Shown here one piece after another: positions 31,880-40,468 of a DNA stretch of 64,000 nucleotides; positions within the stretch are counted from its first letter, which is position 1; each line of letters begins with the position of its first letter. The position numbers and the translations under genes were made by a program. The notes under the pieces are model-generated. The model was given only the letters and a program-made list of their open reading frames with translations, did not search any database and had not been told where the DNA came from. This stretch comes from Bacteroidota bacterium (GTDB lineage Bacteria; Bacteroidota; Bacteroidia; AKYH767-A; OLB10). The stretch spans positions 10,928 to 74,927 of the forward strand of contig JBKCGZ010000100.1 in the NCBI GenBank assembly GCA_046303115.1. The letters run 5' to 3'.

Positions 31880-32932
31880 ATGCAAAATAAGCATCGCATA
31901 CTCATCACAGGAGGAACCGGTTATATTGGTTCTCATACTGCTGTGGAGTTAATCGAGAAAGATTACGAGGTGCTTATCATTGACAACCTTTCTAATTCGT
32001 ATGAAGAAGTAATTAATTCAATCGAAAAGATAACTGGAAAGAGACCTGCATTTTTCAATATTGATTTGACAGATAAGTCTGCTGTTGATTCATTCTTCAA
32101 GGAAAATACGGTTGATGCTGTTATTCATTTTGCCGCTTATAAATCAGTTGGTGAAAGTGTTTCACATCCGTCTATGTATTATCGTAACAACATTAACTCG
32201 TTGTTAAATGTAGCAGATGCCTGCAAAGAAAATGGAATAACGAAATTTGTTTATTCATCATCATGTTCTGTTTACGGTGAGCCGGATACGTTACCTATTG
32301 ATGAGAATGCCATCATCAAACCTGCTGAGAGTCCGTATGCGAATACAAAAAAAATAGGTGAAGATATCCTTCGTGATATTTCAAAGAGCACCACATTAAA
32401 TACAATTGCATTGCGTTATTTTAATCCCGTTGGAGCGCATGAAAGTGCATTGATTGGAGAATACCCAGTTGGGACGCCTTTAAATTTATTTCCAGTTATC
32501 ACACAGTCTGCTATTGGCAAACGTGGACCAATAACTGTTTTTGGAAATAATTATAATACGAATGATGGCAGTTGTGTTCGAGATTACATTCATGTAGTTG
32601 ATATTGCAAGAGCACATGTTATTGCGATTGAACGATTACTCAACAATACTACTTCTGATAATTTTGAAATCTTCAATCTTGGAACAGGAAAAGGATTGAC
32701 AGTTTTGGAAGTGATCAATGCATTTGAAAAACATAGTGGTGTTAAATTAGATTACACCATTGGAAATAGGAGAGCTGGAGATGTTGAGAAAGTTTTTGCA
32801 GATACAAAAAAAGCAAATGAAGTATTGGGATGGAAAGCAACTCATGATTTGGAATCGATGATTACATCATCATGGGAATGGGAGAAAAAATTAAAATCAA
32901 TAGGCACTAATTTTTCAAAAGTATCAGCGTAA
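31880..32932 (+). CDS. galE: UDP-glucose 4-epimerase
   Basis: 350-aa SDR (ITGGTGYIGSHT, YANTK). Length is typical of GalE. Confidence 0.85.
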   Translation: MQNKHRILITGGTGYIGSHTAVELIEKDYEVLIIDNLSNSYEEVINSIEKITGKRPAFFNIDLTDKSAVDSFFKENTVDAVIHFAAYKSVGESVSHPSMYYRNNINSLLNVADACKENGITKFVYSSSCSVYGEPDTLPIDENAIIKPAESPYANTKKIGEDILRDISKSTTLNTIALRYFNPVGAHESALIGEYPVGTPLNLFPVITQSAIGKRGPITVFGNNYNTNDGSCVRDYIHVVDIARAHVIAIERLLNNTTSDNFEIFNLGTGKGLTVLEVINAFEKHSGVKLDYTIGNRRAGDVEKVFADTKKANEVLGWKATHDLESMITSSWEWEKKLKSIGTNFSKVSA

Positions 32933-32934
32933 CA

Positions 32935-33990
32935 ATGAGTAAAAAAATATTAATCACTGGTGGTGCAGGATTTATTGGTTCACATGTAGTAAGACGATTT
33001 GTAAAAAATTATCCGCAATACCATATCTATAACCTTGATGCCTTAACGTACGCGGGTAATCTTGCAAATCTTAGAGATATCGAGAACGCAACTAACTACA
33101 CTTTTATTAAAGGAGATATTACTGATAGTAGTTTAGTTCAAGCATTATTTACAGAACACAACTTTGATGGAGTGATTCATCTTGCTGCAGAGTCGCATGT
33201 TGATAGAAGCATTGCAAATCCAATGTCGTTTGTAACTACAAACATTATTGGAACAGTTGTATTATTAAATGCAGCTAAAGCAACATGGAATGGCGACTTC
33301 GATAATAAATTGTTTTATCATATCAGTACGGATGAAGTATACGGCAGTTTAGGTGAGGAAGGATTCTTTACAGAAGAAACGAAATACGATCCGCATAGTC
33401 CGTATTCAGCATCTAAAGCAAGTTCAGATCATTTGGTAAGAGCATATCACGATACCTATCAATTACCAATTGTAATTTCTAATTGCTCTAACAATTATGG
33501 TTCGTTTCAATTTCCGGAGAAATTAATTCCGCTTGCAATTAATAATATCATCAATGATAAACCAATTCCTGTTTACGGAAAAGGTGATAACATCCGCGAT
33601 TGGTTATTTGTAGAAGATCATGCAAGTGCTATTGATGTAATTTATCACAAAGGACTTCTTGGATCTACTTATAATATCGGTGGACATAATGAATGGAAGA
33701 ATATTGATTTGATTCATTTGCTTTGTCGTATCATGGATAAGAAATTAGGTAAAGAAGCGGGAAGCACGAGTAAGCTTATCACATTTGTTAAAGATCGTGC
33801 AGGACATGATTTGCGTTATGCCATTGATGCTACTAAACTTAAAAATGAATTAGGATGGATGCCTTCATTACAGTTTGAAGAAGGTTTAGAAAAAACTGTT
33901 GATTGGTATTTATCGAATGAAGAATGGATTCAACAAGTTACGAGTGGAGAGTATCAAAACTTCTACGAAAAACAATATCATCAGCGTTAA
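32935..33990 (+). CDS. rfbB: dTDP-glucose 4,6-dehydratase
   Basis: 351 aa. TGGAGFIGSH, HISTDEVYG and YSASKASSDHL are all characteristic of RfbB. Confidence 0.9.
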   Translation: MSKKILITGGAGFIGSHVVRRFVKNYPQYHIYNLDALTYAGNLANLRDIENATNYTFIKGDITDSSLVQALFTEHNFDGVIHLAAESHVDRSIANPMSFVTTNIIGTVVLLNAAKATWNGDFDNKLFYHISTDEVYGSLGEEGFFTEETKYDPHSPYSASKASSDHLVRAYHDTYQLPIVISNCSNNYGSFQFPEKLIPLAINNIINDKPIPVYGKGDNIRDWLFVEDHASAIDVIYHKGLLGSTYNIGGHNEWKNIDLIHLLCRIMDKKLGKEAGSTSKLITFVKDRAGHDLRYAIDATKLKNELGWMPSLQFEEGLEKTVDWYLSNEEWIQQVTSGEYQNFYEKQYHQR

Positions 33991-34006
33991 GAAATAAAAA
34001 AGTATT

Positions 34007-35017
34007 ATGTCAGAAATTAAAATGTACGATACCCCTTTTCATGAATCATCATTAGCAAATACATCTGTATTGGTTACAGGTGGTGCGGGATTCATTGGAT
34101 CAAACATTGTCACCTATTTATTAGCGCATGGTGCAAAAAAAGTACGTGTATTAGATAACCTCAGCAATGGCTTTTTAAGAAATCTGGAAGCATTTAAAAA
34201 CAATCCTGCCTTCGAATTCATGGAAGGCGATATAACGGTAATGGACGACTGCAATAAAGCTTGCGAAGGAATCGATTTAGTTACACATCAGGCAGCATTA
34301 GGATCAGTGCCACGTTCAATTAAAAATCCGTTGGCTACAAGTGAAGCGAACACAACAGGATTTTTAAATATGCTGTTAGCAGCGAGAGACGCAGGTGTTA
34401 AACGATTTGTATTTGCAAGTTCAAGTTCTGTTTATGGCGATAGCACAGCGTCACCAAAGAAAGAAGAGAACTTAGGGAATCCATTATCACCCTATGCCGT
34501 TTCAAAATTGACCAATGAGTTATATGCGAGAGTTTTTTCTATGCATTATGGATTAGAAACTATTGGATTAAGATATTTCAATGTATTTGGACCTAATCAA
34601 GATCCTAACGGACCTTATGCTGCAGCCATTCCACTTTTTATGAATGCATTATTATTTGGAAAAGATGCAGTTATTTATGGCGATGGTGAACAAACAAGAG
34701 ATTTCACGTTTGTTGAGAATGCTGTACAAGCGAATATCAGAGCCTTATTTACAACTAATCAAGAAGCGCTAAATAGAGTATATAATGTTGCTGTTTCAGA
34801 GGCGGTATCTGTGAACGATTTATATCAGACGATTGCAGCCATTGCAGGCAACAACAAACAACCTGAATATGTAGCAGAGCGAAAAGGTGATATTAAAAAT
34901 TCATTAGCAGATATTTCACAAGCAGTAAAATATCTTGGCTATGCTCCGCGATATAAGTACAAAGAAGGATTATCGATTACGGTAAACTGGTTTAAAAACA
35001 CATATAACAATGCTTAA
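34007..35017 (+). CDS. NAD-dependent SDR epimerase (WbpP/TviC-like UDP-GlcNAc(A) 4-epimerase)
   Basis: 336 aa. VTGGAGFIGSN, SSSSVYGD, YAVSK. Confidence 0.7.
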   Translation: MSEIKMYDTPFHESSLANTSVLVTGGAGFIGSNIVTYLLAHGAKKVRVLDNLSNGFLRNLEAFKNNPAFEFMEGDITVMDDCNKACEGIDLVTHQAALGSVPRSIKNPLATSEANTTGFLNMLLAARDAGVKRFVFASSSSVYGDSTASPKKEENLGNPLSPYAVSKLTNELYARVFSMHYGLETIGLRYFNVFGPNQDPNGPYAAAIPLFMNALLFGKDAVIYGDGEQTRDFTFVENAVQANIRALFTTNQEALNRVYNVAVSEAVSVNDLYQTIAAIAGNNKQPEYVAERKGDIKNSLADISQAVKYLGYAPRYKYKEGLSITVNWFKNTYNNA

Positions 35018-35762
35018 ATCTTTTTTTAATTTATTTACATCAAAAAAAGAAGAAGCCTTAATTGAAACGGATTTCACTTCGATTGGAGCTGACATGCATT
35101 CGCATTTAATTCCGGGGATTGATGATGGAGCAAAAACGATTGAAGATAGTCTTGAGCTGATTAAATTTTTACATTCGAAAGGATACACAAAGCTTATCAC
35201 AACACCTCATATCATGAGTGATTATTTCAGAAATACACCTGAGATAATTCTTGGTGGATTAGAAGATGTGAGAGCTGCTGTGAAAGAAAATAATATTCCT
35301 GTTCAAATTGAAGCGGCGGCTGAATATTATGTTGATGACGGTTTTATCAGAAAATTAGAAGAAGAAAAGCTCTTAACCTTTGGCGATAATTATTTGCTGA
35401 TGGAAGTATCTTATATCAATCCGCCAGAAAATATTAAAGAAGTATTTTTCAGAGCGCAGATATTAGGCTACAAACCAATCCTTGCTCATCCGGAACGTTA
35501 TCCATTCTGGTACCGTCATGTTGAGGAATACCAGCATTTTTATGATATGGGTGTAGTATTACAGCTTAATTTAAATTCGTTGAGTGGTTACTACGGACCA
35601 GAAGCTAAAAAAATCGGCGAGAAATTAATCGACATGCAAATTATCGGAGCTCTAGGAACTGATATGCATCACGGTAAACATGCGATGGCATTGGATAAAG
35701 TTACGAGAGAAAAGTATCTGCAAAAGGCTTTTGAATTGCCTTTAATTAATCGATATCTATAG
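35010..35762 (+). CDS. PHP-family tyrosine-protein phosphatase (CpsB/CapC-like)
   Basis: 250 aa. DMHSHLIPGIDDGA and TPH/AHPERY motifs of CpsB. It overlaps the upstream gene by 8 nt. Confidence 0.82.
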   Translation: MLKSFFNLFTSKKEEALIETDFTSIGADMHSHLIPGIDDGAKTIEDSLELIKFLHSKGYTKLITTPHIMSDYFRNTPEIILGGLEDVRAAVKENNIPVQIEAAAEYYVDDGFIRKLEEEKLLTFGDNYLLMEVSYINPPENIKEVFFRAQILGYKPILAHPERYPFWYRHVEEYQHFYDMGVVLQLNLNSLSGYYGPEAKKIGEKLIDMQIIGALGTDMHHGKHAMALDKVTREKYLQKAFELPLINRYL

Positions 35763-35889
35763 ATAAACTTTCTTTTTTGTCAGTTGTTTTAATAATGTAA
35801 GATTTACTGTAAGATTTTTTAAAAAAAGTCAACTTCCGACTTTTAAATTGCTGCATCTTGCACGGAGCAAATCATTAAACACATCTATT

Positions 35890-36138
35890 ATGCAACAGTT
35901 TGAAATTGAACAGCACTTAAACATAACGGCGAAGTTTGAGCTGGTTAACGGATCTACTAAGTACGGCGTTATCAATAAACAAATTGATGGAGAAAAAATC
36001 AGAAATGATTACTATTTCATTTCTCTTCAAAACGTAAAGAATTTCCAGAAGGCGGTAAGCAATCGTAATTACGAATTCTGCAAAGCTTTAATGGAGCGAA
36101 TCAATATCAAATTTATTAAATCGATTCAGCCGATTTAA
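35890..36138 (+). CDS. Hypothetical protein (82 aa)
   Basis: ORF with no recognisable motif. The start is placed at the first ATG (MQQFEIEQ...) rather than the track's non-ATG 35848. Confidence 0.35.
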   Translation: MQQFEIEQHLNITAKFELVNGSTKYGVINKQIDGEKIRNDYYFISLQNVKNFQKAVSNRNYEFCKALMERINIKFIKSIQPI

Positions 36139-37134
36139 CTAACGGTACTGGATACCCATTATTTCACGTACTTCTTTTACAGTCTTAGAAGAAGATGCGT
36201 GAGCTTTTTCTTTACCCATTTGTAATACTTTGTTTAAAGATTGCTCATCCGCCGATATTGCTTCTATTTTTTCGCGAAGCGGAGCCACAAAAATTTCCAT
36301 GTCTTCTGCTAATTGCTTTTTCAAATCACCATAGCGAATAGAACAATTATTATACGCCTCTTCAAAAAAGTGAAGTGTTTCAGGTTTTGATACTACACTT
36401 AATAAAGTAAATAAATTCTGTATTGATTCTGGTTTTGTTGAGTTTGGTTCAGTCGGACCACTATCAGAAACAGCACGCATAATTTTCTTTTTCAATACGT
36501 CGGGCTTATCAGCAAGAAAAACAGCATTTGCCTCTCCTTCCGACTTCCCCATTTTCCCAGCACCATCAAGTCCTGGAATTTTTACTAATTGCTCTCCGAA
36601 ATTATAAGCAACGGGCTCTGGAAAATAATCGACATTATACATGCGATTAAATCGGTTTCCAAACTGACGTGTCATTTCTAAATGTTGCTCTTGATCTTTC
36701 CCCACGGGAACCTTCGCGGCTTTATGAATCAAGATATCTGCCGCCATTAAAACAGGATACGTTAAAAGTCCTGCATTGATATTATCAGGTTGCTTTCTAG
36801 CTTTTTCTTTGAATGTCGTTGCACGCTCAAGCTCTCCTAAATATGCATGCATATTCAATAGCAAGTATAACTCTGCTGTTTCAGGAATATCACTCTGCAC
36901 GTAGATCGTACTTTTCTCTGGGTCTAGTCCGCATGCTAGATACTCTGCCAACACCTGACGAACATTTTTCTTTAATAGCGATGCATCTGGATGAGTAGTT
37001 AGGGAATGATAATCGGCGATGAAGAAGAAGCAATTATTTACTTCCTGCATGCGTATAAAATTTTTAACTGCACCAAAGTAATTTCCCAAGTGTAAATTTC
37101 CTGTACTGCGAATACCGCTTACGACTGTTTCCAT
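36139..37134 (-). CDS. trpS: Tryptophan--tRNA ligase
   Basis: 331 aa with class I motifs (HLGNY as HIGH, KMGKS as KMSKS). Confidence 0.95.
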   Translation of the reverse strand: METVVSGIRSTGNLHLGNYFGAVKNFIRMQEVNNCFFFIADYHSLTTHPDASLLKKNVRQVLAEYLACGLDPEKSTIYVQSDIPETAELYLLLNMHAYLGELERATTFKEKARKQPDNINAGLLTYPVLMAADILIHKAAKVPVGKDQEQHLEMTRQFGNRFNRMYNVDYFPEPVAYNFGEQLVKIPGLDGAGKMGKSEGEANAVFLADKPDVLKKKIMRAVSDSGPTEPNSTKPESIQNLFTLLSVVSKPETLHFFEEAYNNCSIRYGDLKKQLAEDMEIFVAPLREKIEAISADEQSLNKVLQMGKEKAHASSSKTVKEVREIMGIQYR

Positions 37135-37182
37135 AAGTGCGAAGATAAGAAAGGTTTGGTCCCGATAGTTATTGGGATTGCG

Positions 37183-37226
37183 AATTTGATGATTTGATGA
37201 TTTGAAAATTTGAAGATTTGAAGATG
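37183..37226. repeat. 8-bp microsatellite, ~5.5 units (AATTTGAT GATTTGAT GATTTGAA AATTTGAA GATTTGAA GATG)
   Basis: Read directly from the sequence, ~50-90 nt upstream of the trpS start codon. Confidence 0.85.
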
Positions 37227-37245
37227 AGGCGCACCAAAAATAAAA

Positions 37246-37387
37246 CAGGGGGCCTCCGAGCCCCCGCCCGCAATAAATTTAATCGTTCTAAAAACCACTC
37301 ACAAATTTTATCCGATCTTAACTGTTTGTTGTCGGATAATTCAATTTACTAATTCATTCTTAAGAGCTTAATATTTTAACAAATCGG
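37246..37387. repeat. Intergenic element copy A (GC-rich hairpin + 50-nt conserved core)
   Basis: CAGGGGGCCTCCGAGCCCCCGCCC...ATCTTAACTGTTTGTTGTCGGATAATTCAATTTACTAATTCATTCTTAAG...TTTTAACAAATC. It repeats 208 bp downstream. Confidence 0.85.
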
Positions 37388-37453
37388 AATTATTATATTA
37401 GGATTAAATGAACCCTAATAAACTTAATAATAAAGAAACTTCCTTCTTTAAAT

Positions 37454-37594
37454 CAGGGGGCCTCCGAGCCCCCGCCCACAATAAAATTAACTGATTAAAA
37501 AATAACTGCCAAATTCAAATCAATCTTAACTGTTTGTTGTCGGATAATTCAATTTACTAATTCATTCTTAAGTAATTTGCTTTTTAACAAATCC
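37454..37594. repeat. Intergenic element copy B
   Basis: Same hairpin (one substitution in the flanking GCCC[G/A]CAATAAA), an identical 50-nt core, and a divergent ~45-nt middle segment. Confidence 0.85.
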
Positions 37595-37672
37595 ATCAAT
37601 CCCAAAAAAATCAATACCCTTTTCAAAATTTTAATCCTATTTTTCATTCTTAAAATTCCTTATATTTGAACT

Positions 37673-38440
37673 GTGGAATCAGTAAAATTTTTTGCGAAAC
37701 GAATTTGGTGCGGTTGGTTTTTTCTAACTGGATTTTTATTTTTCCTACCACTCTATCCAGTCTTCTTTATTCTATTAAGTAGAGAAAAATGGTTTCCCTA
37801 TGCTTTCCGATTAAAAAAAGTTTGGGCCCACTGGATAATCATCACCTCCGGTATTTATTACAAAATTTCTTTTGAAGAAAAGCTGGATAAAAATCAAGCG
37901 TATGTAATTACACCCAACCATTCTTCTTACCTCGATATTGTTTTAGCAAACATCGCTATCCCTAATTATTTTCATTTTATGGGTAAAGCAGAGCTTAAGA
38001 AAGTTCCGCTCTTTAGAATTTTCTTCCGACGAATGAATATCTCGGTAGATAGAAGTAGTCGCAAGGATTCACTAAAAGCATTTAAGCGTGCCAACAAAGA
38101 CATCGCAAAAAAAATAAGTATCGCCATCTTTCCTGAAGCAACAATCCCAGCTTGTAGCCCTGAACTTGGTAGATTTAAAAGTGGGGCCTTTCGACTAGCC
38201 ATCCAAAATCAAATACCAATTGTACCAGTAGTATTTTTAGATAATTGGAAATTATTTCCTGATAGCGGCGAAAACAGATTTCTTGTTCAGCCAGGACTAG
38301 CACGAATATTAGTTTTAAAGGCTATTCCAACAATTGGATTAACAGAAAACGATGTTTCTGAATTAGAGAAAAAAGTATTTCATCTGATTGAGGAAAAACT
38401 AATTACTAATAAGGTGATTCCTGAAAAAATAATTCAATAA
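37673..38440 (+). CDS. plsC: 1-acyl-sn-glycerol-3-phosphate acyltransferase
   Basis: 255 aa with a GTG start, an N-terminal TM, and the HX4D motif (NHSSYLDI) plus an FPEAT motif. Confidence 0.8.
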   Translation: MESVKFFAKRIWCGWFFLTGFLFFLPLYPVFFILLSREKWFPYAFRLKKVWAHWIIITSGIYYKISFEEKLDKNQAYVITPNHSSYLDIVLANIAIPNYFHFMGKAELKKVPLFRIFFRRMNISVDRSSRKDSLKAFKRANKDIAKKISIAIFPEATIPACSPELGRFKSGAFRLAIQNQIPIVPVVFLDNWKLFPDSGENRFLVQPGLARILVLKAIPTIGLTENDVSELEKKVFHLIEEKLITNKVIPEKIIQ

Positions 38441-38473
38441 AAAACCCTGACATTTACGCCAGGGTATTTTTTT
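38441..38473. terminator. Bidirectional rho-independent terminator between convergent genes
   Basis: AAAAACCCTG-N10-CAGGGTATTTTTTT, an A-run/hairpin/T-run arrangement. Confidence 0.7.
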
Positions 38474-38489
38474 ATAAGGTTTTCTTGAA

Positions 38490-38924
38490 TTAAGAATTAA
38501 CCGTATTGCAATGATCTTCGAATGCAGCCATTAAATTTTCTGCAATCATATCTGCTGAATGTCCTTCGATATGATGACGCTCAATAAAATGTACTAAATG
38601 ACCATCTTTAAATAATGCAATGCATGGTGAAGATGGTGGATAAGGCAATGTATATTTTCTTGCCTGCGCAACCGCATCTAAATCCTGACCCGCAAAAACT
38701 GTATACAAATGGTCTGGCTTAATCTCACTTTTTTGTAAAGCTAACTTTACTCCGGGACGTGCAGCACCTGCAGCACATCCGCAAACAGAATTCATCACTA
38801 ATAGTAAAGTTCCTTTGCTATTTGGAATAGCAGCATCAACTTGCTGAGCATCTCTTAACTCTGTAAATCCTACACCGGTAAGTTCTAAACGCATCGGCGC
38901 ACATAATTGCTCTGGATATGGCAT
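38490..38924 (-). CDS. Bacilliredoxin (BrxA/BrxB, YphP/YqiW family)
   Basis: 144 aa with the characteristic NSVCGCAAGAARP active-site motif. Confidence 0.85.
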   Translation of the reverse strand: MPYPEQLCAPMRLELTGVGFTELRDAQQVDAAIPNSKGTLLLVMNSVCGCAAGAARPGVKLALQKSEIKPDHLYTVFAGQDLDAVAQARKYTLPYPPSSPCIALFKDGHLVHFIERHHIEGHSADMIAENLMAAFEDHCNTVNS

Positions 38925-39062
38925 AATTTGATTTTTTTAAAATGTTGCACAAAGTTATGAAAGCAAATTTCATTAATGCAAGATTCCTGTAATGAATTGA
39001 TAGTTTTTTTTAAATACCCCCTTTTTGCCTGAGGTAATATTGCAATATCAAATAACTAAATT

Positions 39063-39386
39063 ATGATTACAGCATCTTCTCTTCCGATTATTAAAATCAA
39101 TTACGATCATCAAATTATTGATGCTAATTTAAACGCTTTGCCCATCCTGGCTAATTGGTGCTGCACCAAAGGATCAAATATCCCAGAAGCAGTATTCAGT
39201 AAAATCCCATCACTAGAAATTGCTATGAAAACAAACACGGACAGGGAGTGTAAGTTAAAATTTGGTGATACTATAATATCGTTTGATATCATTCCGTTTA
39301 TGGAAGGAGGTTATATTGGATTATATGGCTACAAAGCTGAACAGGTAGAAGTAGCCAGCTATAAAGGTCTTCGTGTGGCAGTTTAA
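39063..39386 (+). CDS. Hypothetical protein (107 aa)
   Basis: ORF followed by a strong terminator. No confident motif; a weak PAS-like impression only. Confidence 0.4.
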   Translation: MITASSLPIIKINYDHQIIDANLNALPILANWCCTKGSNIPEAVFSKIPSLEIAMKTNTDRECKLKFGDTIISFDIIPFMEGGYIGLYGYKAEQVEVASYKGLRVAV

Positions 39387-39413
39387 CTGTTAGACGTTAG
39401 GTTGGTTTGAAGG

Positions 39414-39448
39414 GAACAGCCGGCATTTTGCCGGTTGTTCTTGTTTTT
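39414..39448 (+). terminator. Rho-independent terminator
   Basis: GAACAGCCGGC-ATTTT-GCCGGTTGTTC followed by TTGTTTTT. Confidence 0.8.
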
Positions 39449-39595
39449 ACCCCCTTCTTACCCTTTGCTGTAAGATTCATGTAAGAAAATCACTGTTTTT
39501 CATCAAACTGTAATAGGCACATGCCGTTATACACCCTTGTTCGCCTGAAATAACCTTAACCATGAGAACTTTAAACTGTACAAAAACTGATTTTT

Positions 39596-40033
39596 ATGAA
39601 TTCGACAATTACGAAAAGCAAAGGGACGAACAAGCAAAGTGTTCAATCAGGACGATATGATAAGGTGATGTTGATTGATGATAACTCCATTGACTTATTC
39701 ATCAATAAATCGCTCTTAGAAACCAGTGGATTTTCCACTAAAATTCAAACCTATGAATCGGCACAGGAAGCTATAGTTCAGCTGAGCATTTGTCCAGTTG
39801 ACGAACTTCCAAATGTCATTTTCTTAGATATTATGATGCCTGGCATGGATGGTTTTGAATTCTTAAACGCATTCGAAAAATTGCCTCAAGAAGTAAGAAA
39901 TCATTGCAAAGTTATCATGTTATCTACTTCTGAAAGCTTTAAAGACTTGAATAAAGCCAATAGCAATCGCTTTGTAAAGAAATTCTTGAATAAGCCTTTA
40001 TCACAGGATATCATTGATGCGATCAACGTGTAG
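39596..40033 (+). CDS. Stand-alone response regulator receiver domain protein
   Basis: 145 aa. VMLIDDN...FLDIMMPGMDGFEF...MLST...K pattern of a CheY-like receiver, with no output domain. Confidence 0.85.
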   Translation: MNSTITKSKGTNKQSVQSGRYDKVMLIDDNSIDLFINKSLLETSGFSTKIQTYESAQEAIVQLSICPVDELPNVIFLDIMMPGMDGFEFLNAFEKLPQEVRNHCKVIMLSTSESFKDLNKANSNRFVKKFLNKPLSQDIIDAINV

Positions 40034-40468
40034 TTATCGCTTACTCCTAAAATAGTTTACAATTATCTCGCTGCACTCATCGGCTAATACTCCTTGGACG
40101 TATTCGGTCTGTGGGTGCAACTTTATTCCCTGACTTAAGAATCCCCTTTTCTCATCCTTGGCACCTACTACAATTCGATCGATTTGCGTCCAGTAGGAAG
40201 CCCCACTGCACATCGTGCAAGGCTCTAAGGTCACGTACAAAGTACATCCTTTAAGGTATTTCCCTCCAATCGCTTCAGCCGCCGCAGTGAAAGCCATCAT
40301 CTCCGCATGAGCGGTTACATCATTCAGCCTTTCAACCATATTGTGCGAACGCGCAACTATTCTTCCATTGGCAACAATCACAGCCCCTATCGGAACTTCA
40401 TCCGCAGCTAAGGCCTTTCCAGCTTCTGCCAATGCGTGGCGCATAAAATATTCGTCGTCTAAAATCAC
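40034..40468 (-). CDS. tadA: tRNA adenosine(34) deaminase
   Basis: 144 aa with HAEMMA and PCTMCSGA zinc-binding motifs. Confidence 0.92.
   Translation of the reverse strand: MILDDEYFMRHALAEAGKALAADEVPIGAVIVANGRIVARSHNMVERLNDVTAHAEMMAFTAAAEAIGGKYLKGCTLYVTLEPCTMCSGASYWTQIDRIVVGAKDEKRGFLSQGIKLHPQTEYVQGVLADECSEIIVNYFRSKR

Noticed and set aside
37246-37594. Possible CRISPR array or tRNA-like gene, because of the repeated GC-rich hairpins
   Set aside because: There are only two copies, 208 bp apart, each ~140 bp long with a divergent middle rather than short repeats with unique spacers. No cas genes are present. The hairpin has no cloverleaf context (no acceptor or anticodon arms).
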